Part shown: positions 20,882 to 29,162 of the stretch, piece by piece
Numbering within the stretch: the first letter of the stretch is position 1
Layout of the letters: every line of letters starts with the position of its first letter
Source: an uncultured virus (IMG/VR IMGVR_UViG_3300030110_002660)
Lineage: Duplodnaviria > Heunggongvirae > Uroviricota > Caudoviricetes
DNA length: 64,000 nucleotides
IMG/VR virus record: IMGVR_UViG_3300030110_002660
Strand: one strand, 5' to 3'
The notes under the pieces: generated by a model
Databases searched by the model: none
What the model was told of the DNA's origin: nothing
Seen by the model: the letters and a program-made list of their open reading frames with translations, nothing else
Program-made: the position numbers and the translations under genes

Positions 20882-21508
20882 ATGATTAAAAACATGTTTC
20901 TTGTTTTGTTTGCAACTTTGCTATTAACAACAGTTTCATTTGCAGACGGAACAAAAGATAACGAATTTGAAAAAATAGAAAATAACATTAGTGTAAATTT
21001 CGGTGATTTTAGTATTGGACATAGAGGATATATTGATGATGAAGAAAAACATCTTAAACTTGGTTACGATATATCAGACTCATTCAATCTTCAATACAGA
21101 AACGTAAGTGGAATTGGAGAAGACCAACACAGATTCAGAGCTACACATAATACTTTCCAAGTAGGAAATTTTTATGCAAATGCTGTTGCTGAATGGAGAA
21201 TGAAAACAGATGAGGGTGATGACATTTTGCGTCTTAGACCAGAAGTTGGTGTTGCACTTCCTCTGGGTGATAAACTTTCAGTTGGATATGTATTTAGCCC
21301 ACATTGGAACGTAGATAATGAAGATGATGGTTGGACATCGGAAGTAGACCACTACAGACACATTGCACACGTTGATTTAAAAATCAATGACCAATTTAGT
21401 GTTGGTTTGTTTGCACAGATGGACAGAGATTCCGAGAACGAAGTTGAACAGAAATTCTTAGGTACAGAAATAAGATTTAACTTCCCAGCATTTTCTGCTG
21501 CTCACTAA
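20882..21508 (+). CDS. Outer-membrane beta-barrel, porin-like protein (KdgM/NanC-like size)
   Basis: Signal peptide (SFA|D), about 12 amphipathic beta strands rich in Arg/His/aromatics, beta-signal-like GTEIRFNF near the C-terminus; AGGAG RBS. Confidence 0.6.
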   Translation: MIKNMFLVLFATLLLTTVSFADGTKDNEFEKIENNISVNFGDFSIGHRGYIDDEEKHLKLGYDISDSFNLQYRNVSGIGEDQHRFRATHNTFQVGNFYANAVAEWRMKTDEGDDILRLRPEVGVALPLGDKLSVGYVFSPHWNVDNEDDGWTSEVDHYRHIAHVDLKINDQFSVGLFAQMDRDSENEVEQKFLGTEIRFNFPAFSAAH

Positions 21509-21520
21509 TTAAAGAATAAC

Positions 21521-21548
21521 AAAAAGGGTGTTAACTTAACACCCTTTT
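21521..21548. terminator. Bidirectional intrinsic terminator
   Basis: Perfect inverted repeat AAAAGGGTGTTAA-C-TTAACACCCTTTT. Confidence 0.8.
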
Positions 21549-21560
21549 AACCTAAATCGC

Positions 21561-21610
21561 TTGCCATTTGTTTACAGTATGTTATAATTATAAGTATAAA
21601 TGTATAAATA
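21561..21610 (+). promoter_or_regulatory. Tandem sigma70-type and late promoters upstream of the candidate ncRNA
   Basis: TTGCCA-16nt-TATAAT with TGn extension (21561-21588), then TATAAATA (21603-21610). Confidence 0.7.
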
Positions 21611-21619
21611 GTTACATAC

Positions 21620-21744
21620 AGGGCAATGAGTGTTACGAAGACTTTAGGCAAGGGTAAATAGAGTCATTAGGACAAGTTAATTAACCCACGTAGAAAATCA
21701 AGAGATTGATACTAATACCTAAAGATTTCACTCATGCCTCCTTA
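21620..21744 (+). ncRNA. Candidate structured non-coding RNA, family unknown
   Basis: GGGC-A-ATGAGTG pairs with CACTCAT-GCCT and CTTTAGG pairs with CCTAAAG, enclosing two hairpins. It has its own promoters and the next gene has a separate late promoter. Confidence 0.6.
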
Positions 21745-21751
21745 AATTTCT

Positions 21752-21759
21752 TATAAATA
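21752..21759 (+). promoter_or_regulatory. Late promoter for gp3 (nearly leaderless transcript)
   Basis: TATAAATA 8 nt before the ATG; no SD visible. Confidence 0.7.
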
Positions 21760-21767
21760 TTCATAAC

Positions 21768-22367
21768 ATGGTTACTACAAATACCTTTTCAAGATTACCT
21801 ACCAAATTAGACTATGCTGCTCCAACGCAGTTTAAGTTTAGTATAGTTAATATGCCTAAAGTGGAATACTTTGTAATTACTGCTAATCTGCCAGGCATAA
21901 GTCTTGATGGAATTTCTCTTCCTACTCCACTCAAAGCAACACAGATTGTTGGAGATGGAATAACATATGATAATTTAAATATAACTTTTATTGTAGATGA
22001 AAACTATGAAAACTATCTTGAACTTCATAATTGGTTAATTGGAATTGGTTTTCCAAAATCAAGAGAACAATTTAAAGATTATAGAGATACTGAATCAACT
22101 AAATTTCCAGGCACTAAATCCAAATATACAAGCAAAGATATTGGAGATACCAAACTTGGAGCTGCAACTTCAGATAAAAGTTTGTATAGTGATGCAACCA
22201 TGACACTTCTTTCTTCTAAACACAATCCTGTTGTTGAAGTTAGATTTAAAGATGTCTTTCCATTATCAATGTCATCATTAGAATATTCCCAAGCTGATAC
22301 CGATGTAACATATTTAACATTGACAGCAGAGTTCGCTTATTCATATTATGATATTGTACCCCTATAA
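21768..22367 (+). CDS. gp3: Tail tube terminator / tail completion protein gp3
   Basis: ANLPGISL, FIVDENYENY.ELHNWL, SDATM..FKDVFP motifs; position between gp23 and uvsY. Confidence 0.85.
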   Translation: MVTTNTFSRLPTKLDYAAPTQFKFSIVNMPKVEYFVITANLPGISLDGISLPTPLKATQIVGDGITYDNLNITFIVDENYENYLELHNWLIGIGFPKSREQFKDYRDTESTKFPGTKSKYTSKDIGDTKLGAATSDKSLYSDATMTLLSSKHNPVVEVRFKDVFPLSMSSLEYSQADTDVTYLTLTAEFAYSYYDIVPL

Positions 22368-22417
22368 ATAATTGTATAAGTTAACCTATTGACTTGATTG
22401 AAAAAGTAAGGTATAAT
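22363..22417 (+). promoter_or_regulatory. Late plus sigma70-type promoters for uvsY
   Basis: TATAAATA at 22363-22370; TTGACT-17nt-TATAAT at 22389-22417. Confidence 0.75.
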
Positions 22418-22424
22418 ATATAAA

Positions 22425-22853
22425 ATGGACTTAAACACATTACAAGAAGAAGTAGACAAAGATATTAAAATTAAATCTGATTCTTTAGATATTGAATCTC
22501 TACGAATTCCTGAGATTCATAATAAGTATCTAAAATATTATAATCGTTTTCAATTAGTTCTTAGAAAAACAGAAACAGATTATAAAGAACTTTATAAAGA
22601 AAAATGGGAATACTATACTGGAAAATCTTCAGATGAAGTGTATAAAGAAAATCCGTTTGATTTTAAAATTTTAAAAGCTGACATCCCAACGTATCTTGAA
22701 AGTGATAAAGATTTGATAGAACTACAACACAAAATTAGTTACAACAAAACAATTGTAACTTATCTTGAACAGGTTTTACGTTCAATAAATAATCGTACAT
22801 TCACAATTAAGAACGCTATTGAATGGAAAAAGTTTGAAGCAGGAGTAATATAA
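22425..22853 (+). CDS. uvsY: Recombination mediator UvsY
   Basis: ESLRIPEIHNKY, KWEYYTGK, RTFTIKNAIEWKKF motifs. Confidence 0.92.
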   Translation: MDLNTLQEEVDKDIKIKSDSLDIESLRIPEIHNKYLKYYNRFQLVLRKTETDYKELYKEKWEYYTGKSSDEVYKENPFDFKILKADIPTYLESDKDLIELQHKISYNKTIVTYLEQVLRSINNRTFTIKNAIEWKKFEAGVI

Positions 22854-23431
22854 TGCCAAAAAATATACCGAAAATTATTGACTATATTCAAGAATATAAA
22901 AATATTTTATCACCTAAACTTTGTGAACAAATTATTAAATATTATAATTCTATTGATGGTTGGAATAAATCTACCTTTGGAACAAAAGATGGATTATCCC
23001 CAGAAACAAATGAAAAAGTTAATATGGATGAACAATGGATTACAAAAAAAGATAATGGTGGACTATATGGAGATTTGTTAGCAGGGTTTAAAATTGCACT
23101 TCAAAAATATACTGAGGAATATCCAGATATTGTTATTCAACATTCAACACCTTTTAGATTAAACAAATATTCTGTAGGTGGATTTATGTCAAGACATATA
23201 GATAACATACATCATAGTCATGGACAACGATATGGATTTCCACATTGTACAATGTTATTATATTTAAATGATAACTATCAAGGTGGAGAGTTTGAAATGT
23301 GTAATGGTTTAGTAAGTAAAAAACCAAAGGCGGGAACTATTATTGCATTTCCATCTAACTTTATGTATCCACATGAAGTTAAACCAGTAACAGAAGGAGA
23401 TAGGTATACTGTAATGGTATGGTTAATGTAA
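22853..23431 (+). CDS. 2OG-Fe(II) oxygenase (prolyl-4-hydroxylase-like)
   Basis: HID...YLNDNYQGGE...FPSNFMYPHEVKPVTEGDRY, giving HxD...H...R. Confidence 0.88.
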   Translation: MPKNIPKIIDYIQEYKNILSPKLCEQIIKYYNSIDGWNKSTFGTKDGLSPETNEKVNMDEQWITKKDNGGLYGDLLAGFKIALQKYTEEYPDIVIQHSTPFRLNKYSVGGFMSRHIDNIHHSHGQRYGFPHCTMLLYLNDNYQGGEFEMCNGLVSKKPKAGTIIAFPSNFMYPHEVKPVTEGDRYTVMVWLM

Positions 23432-24066
23432 AGGAGAAATTATTAATTATGGAAGATTTTAAACATTATAAACTATTTCCAACTCATGTTTTTTCATTTA
23501 AAGGTCAAGGTGTAAATGATAAAGAGATGTTGGAATATTTTGATAAGGAAATAAAAAAAACATCGGGGAATAAAAGTTTAAACTGGCAATCTAATCCCGA
23601 ATTGCATACAAATCCAGTTTTTCAAGCATTAGTAAATAATATAATGGAAGCTACTAAACTAGCTTGTGATGCGATAAAACTTGATACTAGTTACAAACTT
23701 GAAATCACAAATATGTGGGGCAATGTTTTACAACAAAACGAATGTCATCCACCACATACACATTCAAACAATGTATGGTCTGGTACATATTATATAACAG
23801 ATTCGCCAGCTCAAAGTAGTATACAATATTTTATTGGACATCAACAATCACAAGTTTTATTACCAAGAGTATCTGAACAAAATTTAGATAACGGAAATCT
23901 TATTGGTTTTCCTTCTGAAAAAGGACGAGGATATGTATTCCCAAGTTGGTTAACACATTGGGTGCCGCCTCATCCAGATAAAAAACCAAGAGTAAGTGTT
24001 GCATGGAACATAATCCTTAGAGGTGAATATGGATATGCAAATGATTTTCAATATGCTAAAATTTAA
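23419..24066 (+). CDS. 2OG-Fe(II) oxygenase-like protein (TIGR02466 type); start may be 23449
   Basis: LFPT, MWGN, HTHSNNVWSGTYY, FPSWLTHWV, RVSVAWN motifs. Confidence 0.85.
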   Translation: MVNVKEKLLIMEDFKHYKLFPTHVFSFKGQGVNDKEMLEYFDKEIKKTSGNKSLNWQSNPELHTNPVFQALVNNIMEATKLACDAIKLDTSYKLEITNMWGNVLQQNECHPPHTHSNNVWSGTYYITDSPAQSSIQYFIGHQQSQVLLPRVSEQNLDNGNLIGFPSEKGRGYVFPSWLTHWVPPHPDKKPRVSVAWNIILRGEYGYANDFQYAKI

Positions 24067-24078
24067 AATTGAAAACAT

Positions 24079-25563
24079 ATGTCTACATTTTCTCAAACCT
24101 GTATTGTAACAAATGTAAATGAAGTCTATATTAAAGTAGATTGTGAGCCTTCTTTACAAAAAGATTTAGATTCTTTTTTTCAGTTCGAAGTGCCTGGTGC
24201 TAGATTTATGCCATCAGTTCGGAATCGTTTATGGAATGGAATCATTCATTTATATTCTATAGAAACTGGACAGATATATAAGGGATTACTTCCATATATA
24301 AAAGAGTTCGCAAGAAGAAATGAAGTTGGTATAACAATTGAAGAAGGCATTGAATTAGATAGAGAAATTGATAAAACTATTGTAAAAGATTTTATTGAAT
24401 CTCTTAAACCAAAATCCAAAGGAAAACTTTTAGAAGTCAGAGATTATCAAATAGATGCTGTACATAATGCTATATCAAATAATCGTGCATTACTATTAAG
24501 TCCAACTGCGTCAGGCAAATCACTTATCATCTATTCATTAGTTCGTTATTATCAAATGATGAATTTGAAATCGTTAATAATTGTTCCTACAACAAGTCTT
24601 GTTGAACAAATGTATTCTGATTTTCTTGATTATGGTTGGAAAGAAAACTTTTTACAAAAACTATATCAAGGACATGATAAAAAAGTTATAAGTGATGTCA
24701 TGATATCAACTTGGCAATCTTTATATAAAATGCCGAAAAAATATTTTGATGACTTCGGTTGTGTCATTGGTGATGAAGCTCATTTGTATAAAGCGAAATC
24801 TCTTATAAACATTCTTACAAAATTAACTAACACCAAATATCGTTTTGGTTTAACTGGAACACTTGATGATTCACAAACTCATAAATTAGTTCTTGAAGGA
24901 TTATTTGGAAGTTTAAATAAAGTTATTAAGACTAAAGAGTTAATGGATTCTAAAACACTTGCACAATTAAGTATCAAATGTTTATTGTTACAATATTCAG
25001 ATGAAGAATGTAAATCTATAAAAGAATTTAAATATGCAGATGAAATAGATTTTCTAGTAACATCTAAAAAAAGAAATGAGTTCATTTCAAACTTAACTGT
25101 ATCTACAAAAGGAAATACTTTATGTTTATTTCAATTGGTAAAAAAACATGGTGAAGTTCTACATGAGTTAATAAAAGAAAAAGTTTCTCCAAATAGAAAA
25201 GTATTTTTTGTTTTTGGTGGTACAGATGTAGATACAAGAGAAGATATTCGTAGAATAACTGAAAAGGAAAAGAATGCTATCATTGTAGCATCTTATGGAA
25301 CATTCTCTACTGGAATTAATATTCGTAATTTACATAATGTTATTTTCGCTAGTCCATTTAAGAGTAGAGTCAGAGTATTACAATCAATTGGTAGAGGATT
25401 AAGAAAGGGTGATGATAAAGAAAGTGTAAAACTTTATGACATTGCTGATGATTTAACATATAAGAGTAGAAAGAATTTTACTTTAAAACATTTTATAGAA
25501 AGAATTAATCTTTATAATGAAGAACAATTTGAATACAATATTAAAAAGATTTTAATGGAATAA
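24079..25563 (+). CDS. uvsW: DNA helicase UvsW
   Basis: RDYQ, SPTASGKS, DEAH, GLTGT, QSIGRGLR. Confidence 0.95.
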   Translation: MSTFSQTCIVTNVNEVYIKVDCEPSLQKDLDSFFQFEVPGARFMPSVRNRLWNGIIHLYSIETGQIYKGLLPYIKEFARRNEVGITIEEGIELDREIDKTIVKDFIESLKPKSKGKLLEVRDYQIDAVHNAISNNRALLLSPTASGKSLIIYSLVRYYQMMNLKSLIIVPTTSLVEQMYSDFLDYGWKENFLQKLYQGHDKKVISDVMISTWQSLYKMPKKYFDDFGCVIGDEAHLYKAKSLINILTKLTNTKYRFGLTGTLDDSQTHKLVLEGLFGSLNKVIKTKELMDSKTLAQLSIKCLLLQYSDEECKSIKEFKYADEIDFLVTSKKRNEFISNLTVSTKGNTLCLFQLVKKHGEVLHELIKEKVSPNRKVFFVFGGTDVDTREDIRRITEKEKNAIIVASYGTFSTGINIRNLHNVIFASPFKSRVRVLQSIGRGLRKGDDKESVKLYDIADDLTYKSRKNFTLKHFIERINLYNEEQFEYNIKKILME

Positions 25564-25599
25564 ATATATACTAATATATCTCTGAAACCCCACATGGTT

Positions 25600-25627
25600 A
25601 TTATAAACAAAAAAACAAATTTGTCAA
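25600..25627 (-). promoter_or_regulatory. Divergent sigma70-type promoter pointing antisense into uvsW
   Basis: Minus strand reads TTGACA-16nt-TATAAT. Confidence 0.6.
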
Positions 25628-25660
25628 GCGTTTTAGAAAAAAAGTTTTATATAAAAATAA

Positions 25661-25689
25661 TTGACAACACGAAAAAAAAGATGTATAAT
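25661..25689 (+). promoter_or_regulatory. Consensus sigma70-type promoter for gp55
   Basis: TTGACA-17nt-TATAAT. Confidence 0.85.
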
Positions 25690-25697
25690 ATTAGATA

Positions 25698-26174
25698 ATG
25701 AAAAAAGTTACAAAAAGAAAAACAAGAAAAACTACTGATGAACATTATGTAGATAACAAAAAATTTCTACAAGCGATGGAAGAATGGCAACAAGCTTGTG
25801 GTATTGCAAAAAGTTTGAACAAACCTGTTCCGCCTGTTTCTAATTATATTGGTGAATGTTTTATGAAGATAGCTCATCACTTATCTTATCGTCCTAATTT
25901 TATTAACTATACCTATAGGGATGAAATGATTGCAGATGGTATTGAAAATTGTGTTCAATATAGTTACAATTTTAATCCAGAAAAATCTAAAAATCCTTTT
26001 GCTTATTTTACGCAAATAATTTACTATGCGTTTGTAAGAAGAATACAAAAGGAAAAGAAACAATCACATATTAAAAACAAAATGATAGAACGAGATGTAT
26101 ATGAAACTTTNNNNNNNNNNAAAGGAATAACTTTAGGATTAGAAATATTCATGGGTATTAGCGATAAAGAATAA
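25698..26174 (+). CDS. gp55: Late-transcription sigma factor gp55 (C-terminus interrupted by an assembly gap)
   Basis: HYVDNKKF, YIGECFMKIA, RPNFINYTY, NPFAYFTQI motifs. Confidence 0.93.
   Translation: MKKVTKRKTRKTTDEHYVDNKKFLQAMEEWQQACGIAKSLNKPVPPVSNYIGECFMKIAHHLSYRPNFINYTYRDEMIADGIENCVQYSYNFNPEKSKNPFAYFTQIIYYAFVRRIQKEKKQSHIKNKMIERDVYETXXXXKGITLGLEIFMGISDKE
26111..26120. other. Assembly gap (10 N)
   Basis: Run of N; true length unknown. Confidence 0.99.
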
Positions 26175-26183
26175 TTTTATAAT

Positions 26184-27254
26184 ATGAAAGTGATACTGAT
26201 TACCGACCAACATATTGGCGCAAGGAATGATAACCTATCGTTTGTAAAATATTTTAAAAAGTTTTATGACGAAGTGTTTTTTCCTTATATAGATAAACAC
26301 GACATAACAACTATAATAAACTTAGGTGATATGTTTGATAGAAGAAAGTATGTTAACTTTAATACTTTACATTTTACAAAAGAAACATGGTTAGAACCAT
26401 TAAGAAAAAGAAACATTAATGTTCATTGTCTTATAGGAAACCATGATACTTATTTTAAAAATACCAACGATATAAATTCTTGTAATCTTTTGTTTGATGA
26501 ATATGAAAACATTCATGTATATCCAGAACCAGAAGTAATTGATTTTGGTGGAGTGTCGGTATTGTTTATGCCGTGGATGAATTCAGAAAATTATTCAGAG
26601 TGTGTTAAATATCTTCAACAAGCAAAAGCTGATATATGTTTTGGACACTTAGAGTTAAGTGGATTTGAACAACACAAAGGACATTGGGCACAACAAGGTT
26701 ATGACAAAGATTTATTTAAAAGATTTGAATTAGTTTTCTCTGGACATTATCATCGTAAATCAGATGATGGTCAGATTTATTATCTTGGCTCGCCATATGA
26801 AATGACATGGAGTGATTATGAATGTCCAAAAGGGTTTCATGTTTTTGATTTAGATACAAGAGAATTAACAAGGATTCAAAACCCACACAGGATTCATAAA
26901 AAGATTTACTTTGATGATAAGAAAAATAATTATGATGAACATGATATAACACAATATAAAGAATGTTATGTGAAAATAATTGTTGTTAACAAAACAGATT
27001 TTTATAAGTTTGATAAGTTTGCCGATAAACTTATGAATGATTCTGGTGCATATGAAGTAAAAATTATAGAAGATTTTTCTGAAATAAATGCTGAAAATGT
27101 AAGTGATGAGATTATGGAGAATACAGAAGATACGATGAATTTGGTTGAAAAATATATTGATGATATAGATACAGATTTAGATAAAAATAGATTAAAAGAT
27201 ATAATGAAAAGTTTATATGTAGAGGCAAGTGATTTAGATGTCGGTAACATTTAG
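26184..27254 (+). CDS. gp47: Recombination endonuclease subunit gp47 (Mre11/SbcD-like)
   Basis: TDQH, LGDMFDRR, GNHD, GH, SGHYH metallophosphoesterase motifs. Confidence 0.95.
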   Translation: MKVILITDQHIGARNDNLSFVKYFKKFYDEVFFPYIDKHDITTIINLGDMFDRRKYVNFNTLHFTKETWLEPLRKRNINVHCLIGNHDTYFKNTNDINSCNLLFDEYENIHVYPEPEVIDFGGVSVLFMPWMNSENYSECVKYLQQAKADICFGHLELSGFEQHKGHWAQQGYDKDLFKRFELVFSGHYHRKSDDGQIYYLGSPYEMTWSDYECPKGFHVFDLDTRELTRIQNPHRIHKKIYFDDKKNNYDEHDITQYKECYVKIIVVNKTDFYKFDKFADKLMNDSGAYEVKIIEDFSEINAENVSDEIMENTEDTMNLVEKYIDDIDTDLDKNRLKDIMKSLYVEASDLDVGNI

Positions 27255-28956
27255 TAAAGTTAAGTGGAAAAATATACTTTCCACAGGTAACAATTTTACA
27301 GAAGTAGTTTTAAATTCTAAATCTAAAACATTAATTGTTGGTGAGAATGGTTCTGGTAAATCTACTATTCTTGACGCAATTTGTTTTGGACTATTCAATA
27401 GACCTTTTCGACAAATAACAAAAGGACAACTTGTTAACTCTGTAAATGAAAGAGATGCCGAAGTCGAAGTATATTTTTCTGTTGGGGGACAAGAATTTAA
27501 AATTATTCGTGGAATCAAACCAAACAAGTTTGAGATTTATTGTAACGGAACAATGATAAATCAAGATGCTGCTGCTAAAGATTATCAAAAACATCTTGAA
27601 GAAAATATACTTAAATTAAATTATCGTTCTTTTACACAAGTTGTTATCTTAGGTGCTTCTACGTTTGTTCCTTTTATGAAACTATCATCTGCACATCGTA
27701 GAGAAGTTGTTGAAGAAATTTTAGATATAAAAATCTTTTCAGTAATGAATCATCTATTAAAAACTAGATTGAAAGATGTTGCTAGCGATATTACTTCTCT
27801 TGGCAATGAATATAAATTACATGAACAGAAAATAGAACAACAACAAAGACATCTAAAAGATTTACAAGAGAATAAAGATAAAATTGTTAATGAGAATAAT
27901 AAAAAGATTGCAAGAAATGTTAAATCTATTTTATCAAAACAAGATACGGTAACTAAATTAGAAATACAAAGTGAAAAATATTTTAAAGAAATTGAAGAAC
28001 AACCTATTATTGATAAGAAATTAAAAAAATTAAATAGACTTCATAATACTATCAGCGAAAAACAAAAAAGAATTGAAACAGAAGTAGATTTTTTTAATGA
28101 CAATGAAGAATGTCCTACTTGTGAACAACATATAGATTCTGATTTTAAAACAAAAGCTATAGAAGTTAGAACAAAAAAACTTCAAGAATATATTAGTGGA
28201 CTAAAAGATATTGATAAAGATATCGATACAAACGAAAAAGAACTTAATAAGATAATAAACATTTCAGAAAAGATTAAATCGAATGATGTAGAGATTGGTA
28301 AACTAACTTCCTCTATAAAAGAATTAGAAAACTTTAATACAGAATATGAAAATGAGGTTAAAGATTTAACTGATAAAGATGTGACTGAAAAACAATTAAA
28401 TGAATTAACTTCTTTACAAGAATCTTTGGTTTCTCTTGGAAAAAGAAAAGCAGAGATGATTGAAGATAAACATTATAATGATGTTGTAAGAAACATGTTG
28501 CAGGATACTGGTATCAAAACTAAGATTGTTAAAAGATATCTTCCTATAATGAACAAACTGATAAATGGATATCTTTCATCTATGGACTTTTTTATTAATT
28601 TTACTATAGATGAAAACTTTAATGAAGTTATAAAGTCAAGATATCGTGATGAATTTAAATATTATTCTTTTAGTGAAGGTGAGAAAATGAGAATAGATTT
28701 AGCATTGCTGTTTACTTGGAGAGCTATTGCTAAAATGAAAAACTCTACGAATACGAATCTGTTGTTACTTGATGAGATATTTGATAGTTCATTAGATGGA
28801 ACAGGTACAGATGATTTTCTAAAGATATTAAACACATTCCAAAAAGAAAATGTATTTGTTATCTCCCACAAGGGTGATGTTCTATATGATAAATTTGCAC
28901 ACATATTGAAATTTGAGAAGATTCAAAACTTTTCAAAGACAATAGATGTCGCTTGA
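27238..28956 (+). CDS. gp46: Recombination ATPase gp46 (Rad50/SbcC-like)
   Basis: GENGSGKST, CPTC hook, FSEGEKMRID signature, LLLDE. Confidence 0.96.
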   Translation: MSVTFSKVKWKNILSTGNNFTEVVLNSKSKTLIVGENGSGKSTILDAICFGLFNRPFRQITKGQLVNSVNERDAEVEVYFSVGGQEFKIIRGIKPNKFEIYCNGTMINQDAAAKDYQKHLEENILKLNYRSFTQVVILGASTFVPFMKLSSAHRREVVEEILDIKIFSVMNHLLKTRLKDVASDITSLGNEYKLHEQKIEQQQRHLKDLQENKDKIVNENNKKIARNVKSILSKQDTVTKLEIQSEKYFKEIEEQPIIDKKLKKLNRLHNTISEKQKRIETEVDFFNDNEECPTCEQHIDSDFKTKAIEVRTKKLQEYISGLKDIDKDIDTNEKELNKIINISEKIKSNDVEIGKLTSSIKELENFNTEYENEVKDLTDKDVTEKQLNELTSLQESLVSLGKRKAEMIEDKHYNDVVRNMLQDTGIKTKIVKRYLPIMNKLINGYLSSMDFFINFTIDENFNEVIKSRYRDEFKYYSFSEGEKMRIDLALLFTWRAIAKMKNSTNTNLLLLDEIFDSSLDGTGTDDFLKILNTFQKENVFVISHKGDVLYDKFAHILKFEKIQNFSKTIDVA

Positions 28957-28980
28957 CATTTTAAATAGATATGTTATCAT
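28953..28980 (+). promoter_or_regulatory. Sigma70-type promoter for the tRNA
   Basis: TTGACA-16nt-TATCAT with TGn extension. Confidence 0.7.
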
Positions 28981-28987
28981 AATTAAT

Positions 28988-29064
28988 GCAGGTATAGTAT
29001 AAGTGGCAAGTACACTAGTCGTCCAGATTAGAAACGTGGGTTCGACTCCCACTTACCTGCTCCA
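28988..29064 (+). tRNA. tRNA-Gly(TCC), atypical
   Basis: Cloverleaf: acceptor GCAGGTA/TACCTGC, D stem GTAT/GTAC, anticodon stem CTAGT/ATTAG with loop CGTCCAG, T arm GTGGG-TTCGACT-CCCAC, discriminator T, encoded CCA. Confidence 0.85.
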
Positions 29065-29075
29065 AAAATAATCTC

Positions 29076-29103
29076 TTGACAATTAAAGGTTAATGGTTAT
29101 AAT
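29076..29103 (+). promoter_or_regulatory. Sigma70-type promoter for hsp20
   Basis: TTGACA-16nt-TATAAT. Confidence 0.8.
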
Positions 29104-29111
29104 ACTAATAT

Positions 29112-29155
29112 GAGATATTGCCTACGGGGATATCTTAAAACTCGCTTATAAGGAG
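29112..29155 (+). promoter_or_regulatory. ROSE-like RNA thermometer candidate in the hsp20 leader
   Basis: 5' hairpin with cUACGg tetraloop, then CUCGCU-UAUA-AGGAG pairing the SD with a bulged G. Confidence 0.55.
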
Positions 29156-29162
29156 ACACGAT

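Noticed and set aside
21708..21735. Minus-strand ATG micro-ORF MSEIFRY
   Set aside because: Only 1 nt separates the SD from the ATG, too short for initiation. The GTG frame is the plausible one.
26111..26174. Truncated or unusual gp55 C-terminus
   Set aside because: An N gap of unknown length interrupts it, so no biological conclusion is possible.
29015..29031. Reading the tRNA as Asp(GTC)
   Set aside because: The 5-bp stem centres TCC in the 7-nt loop, and the acceptor stem and U73 fit Gly.
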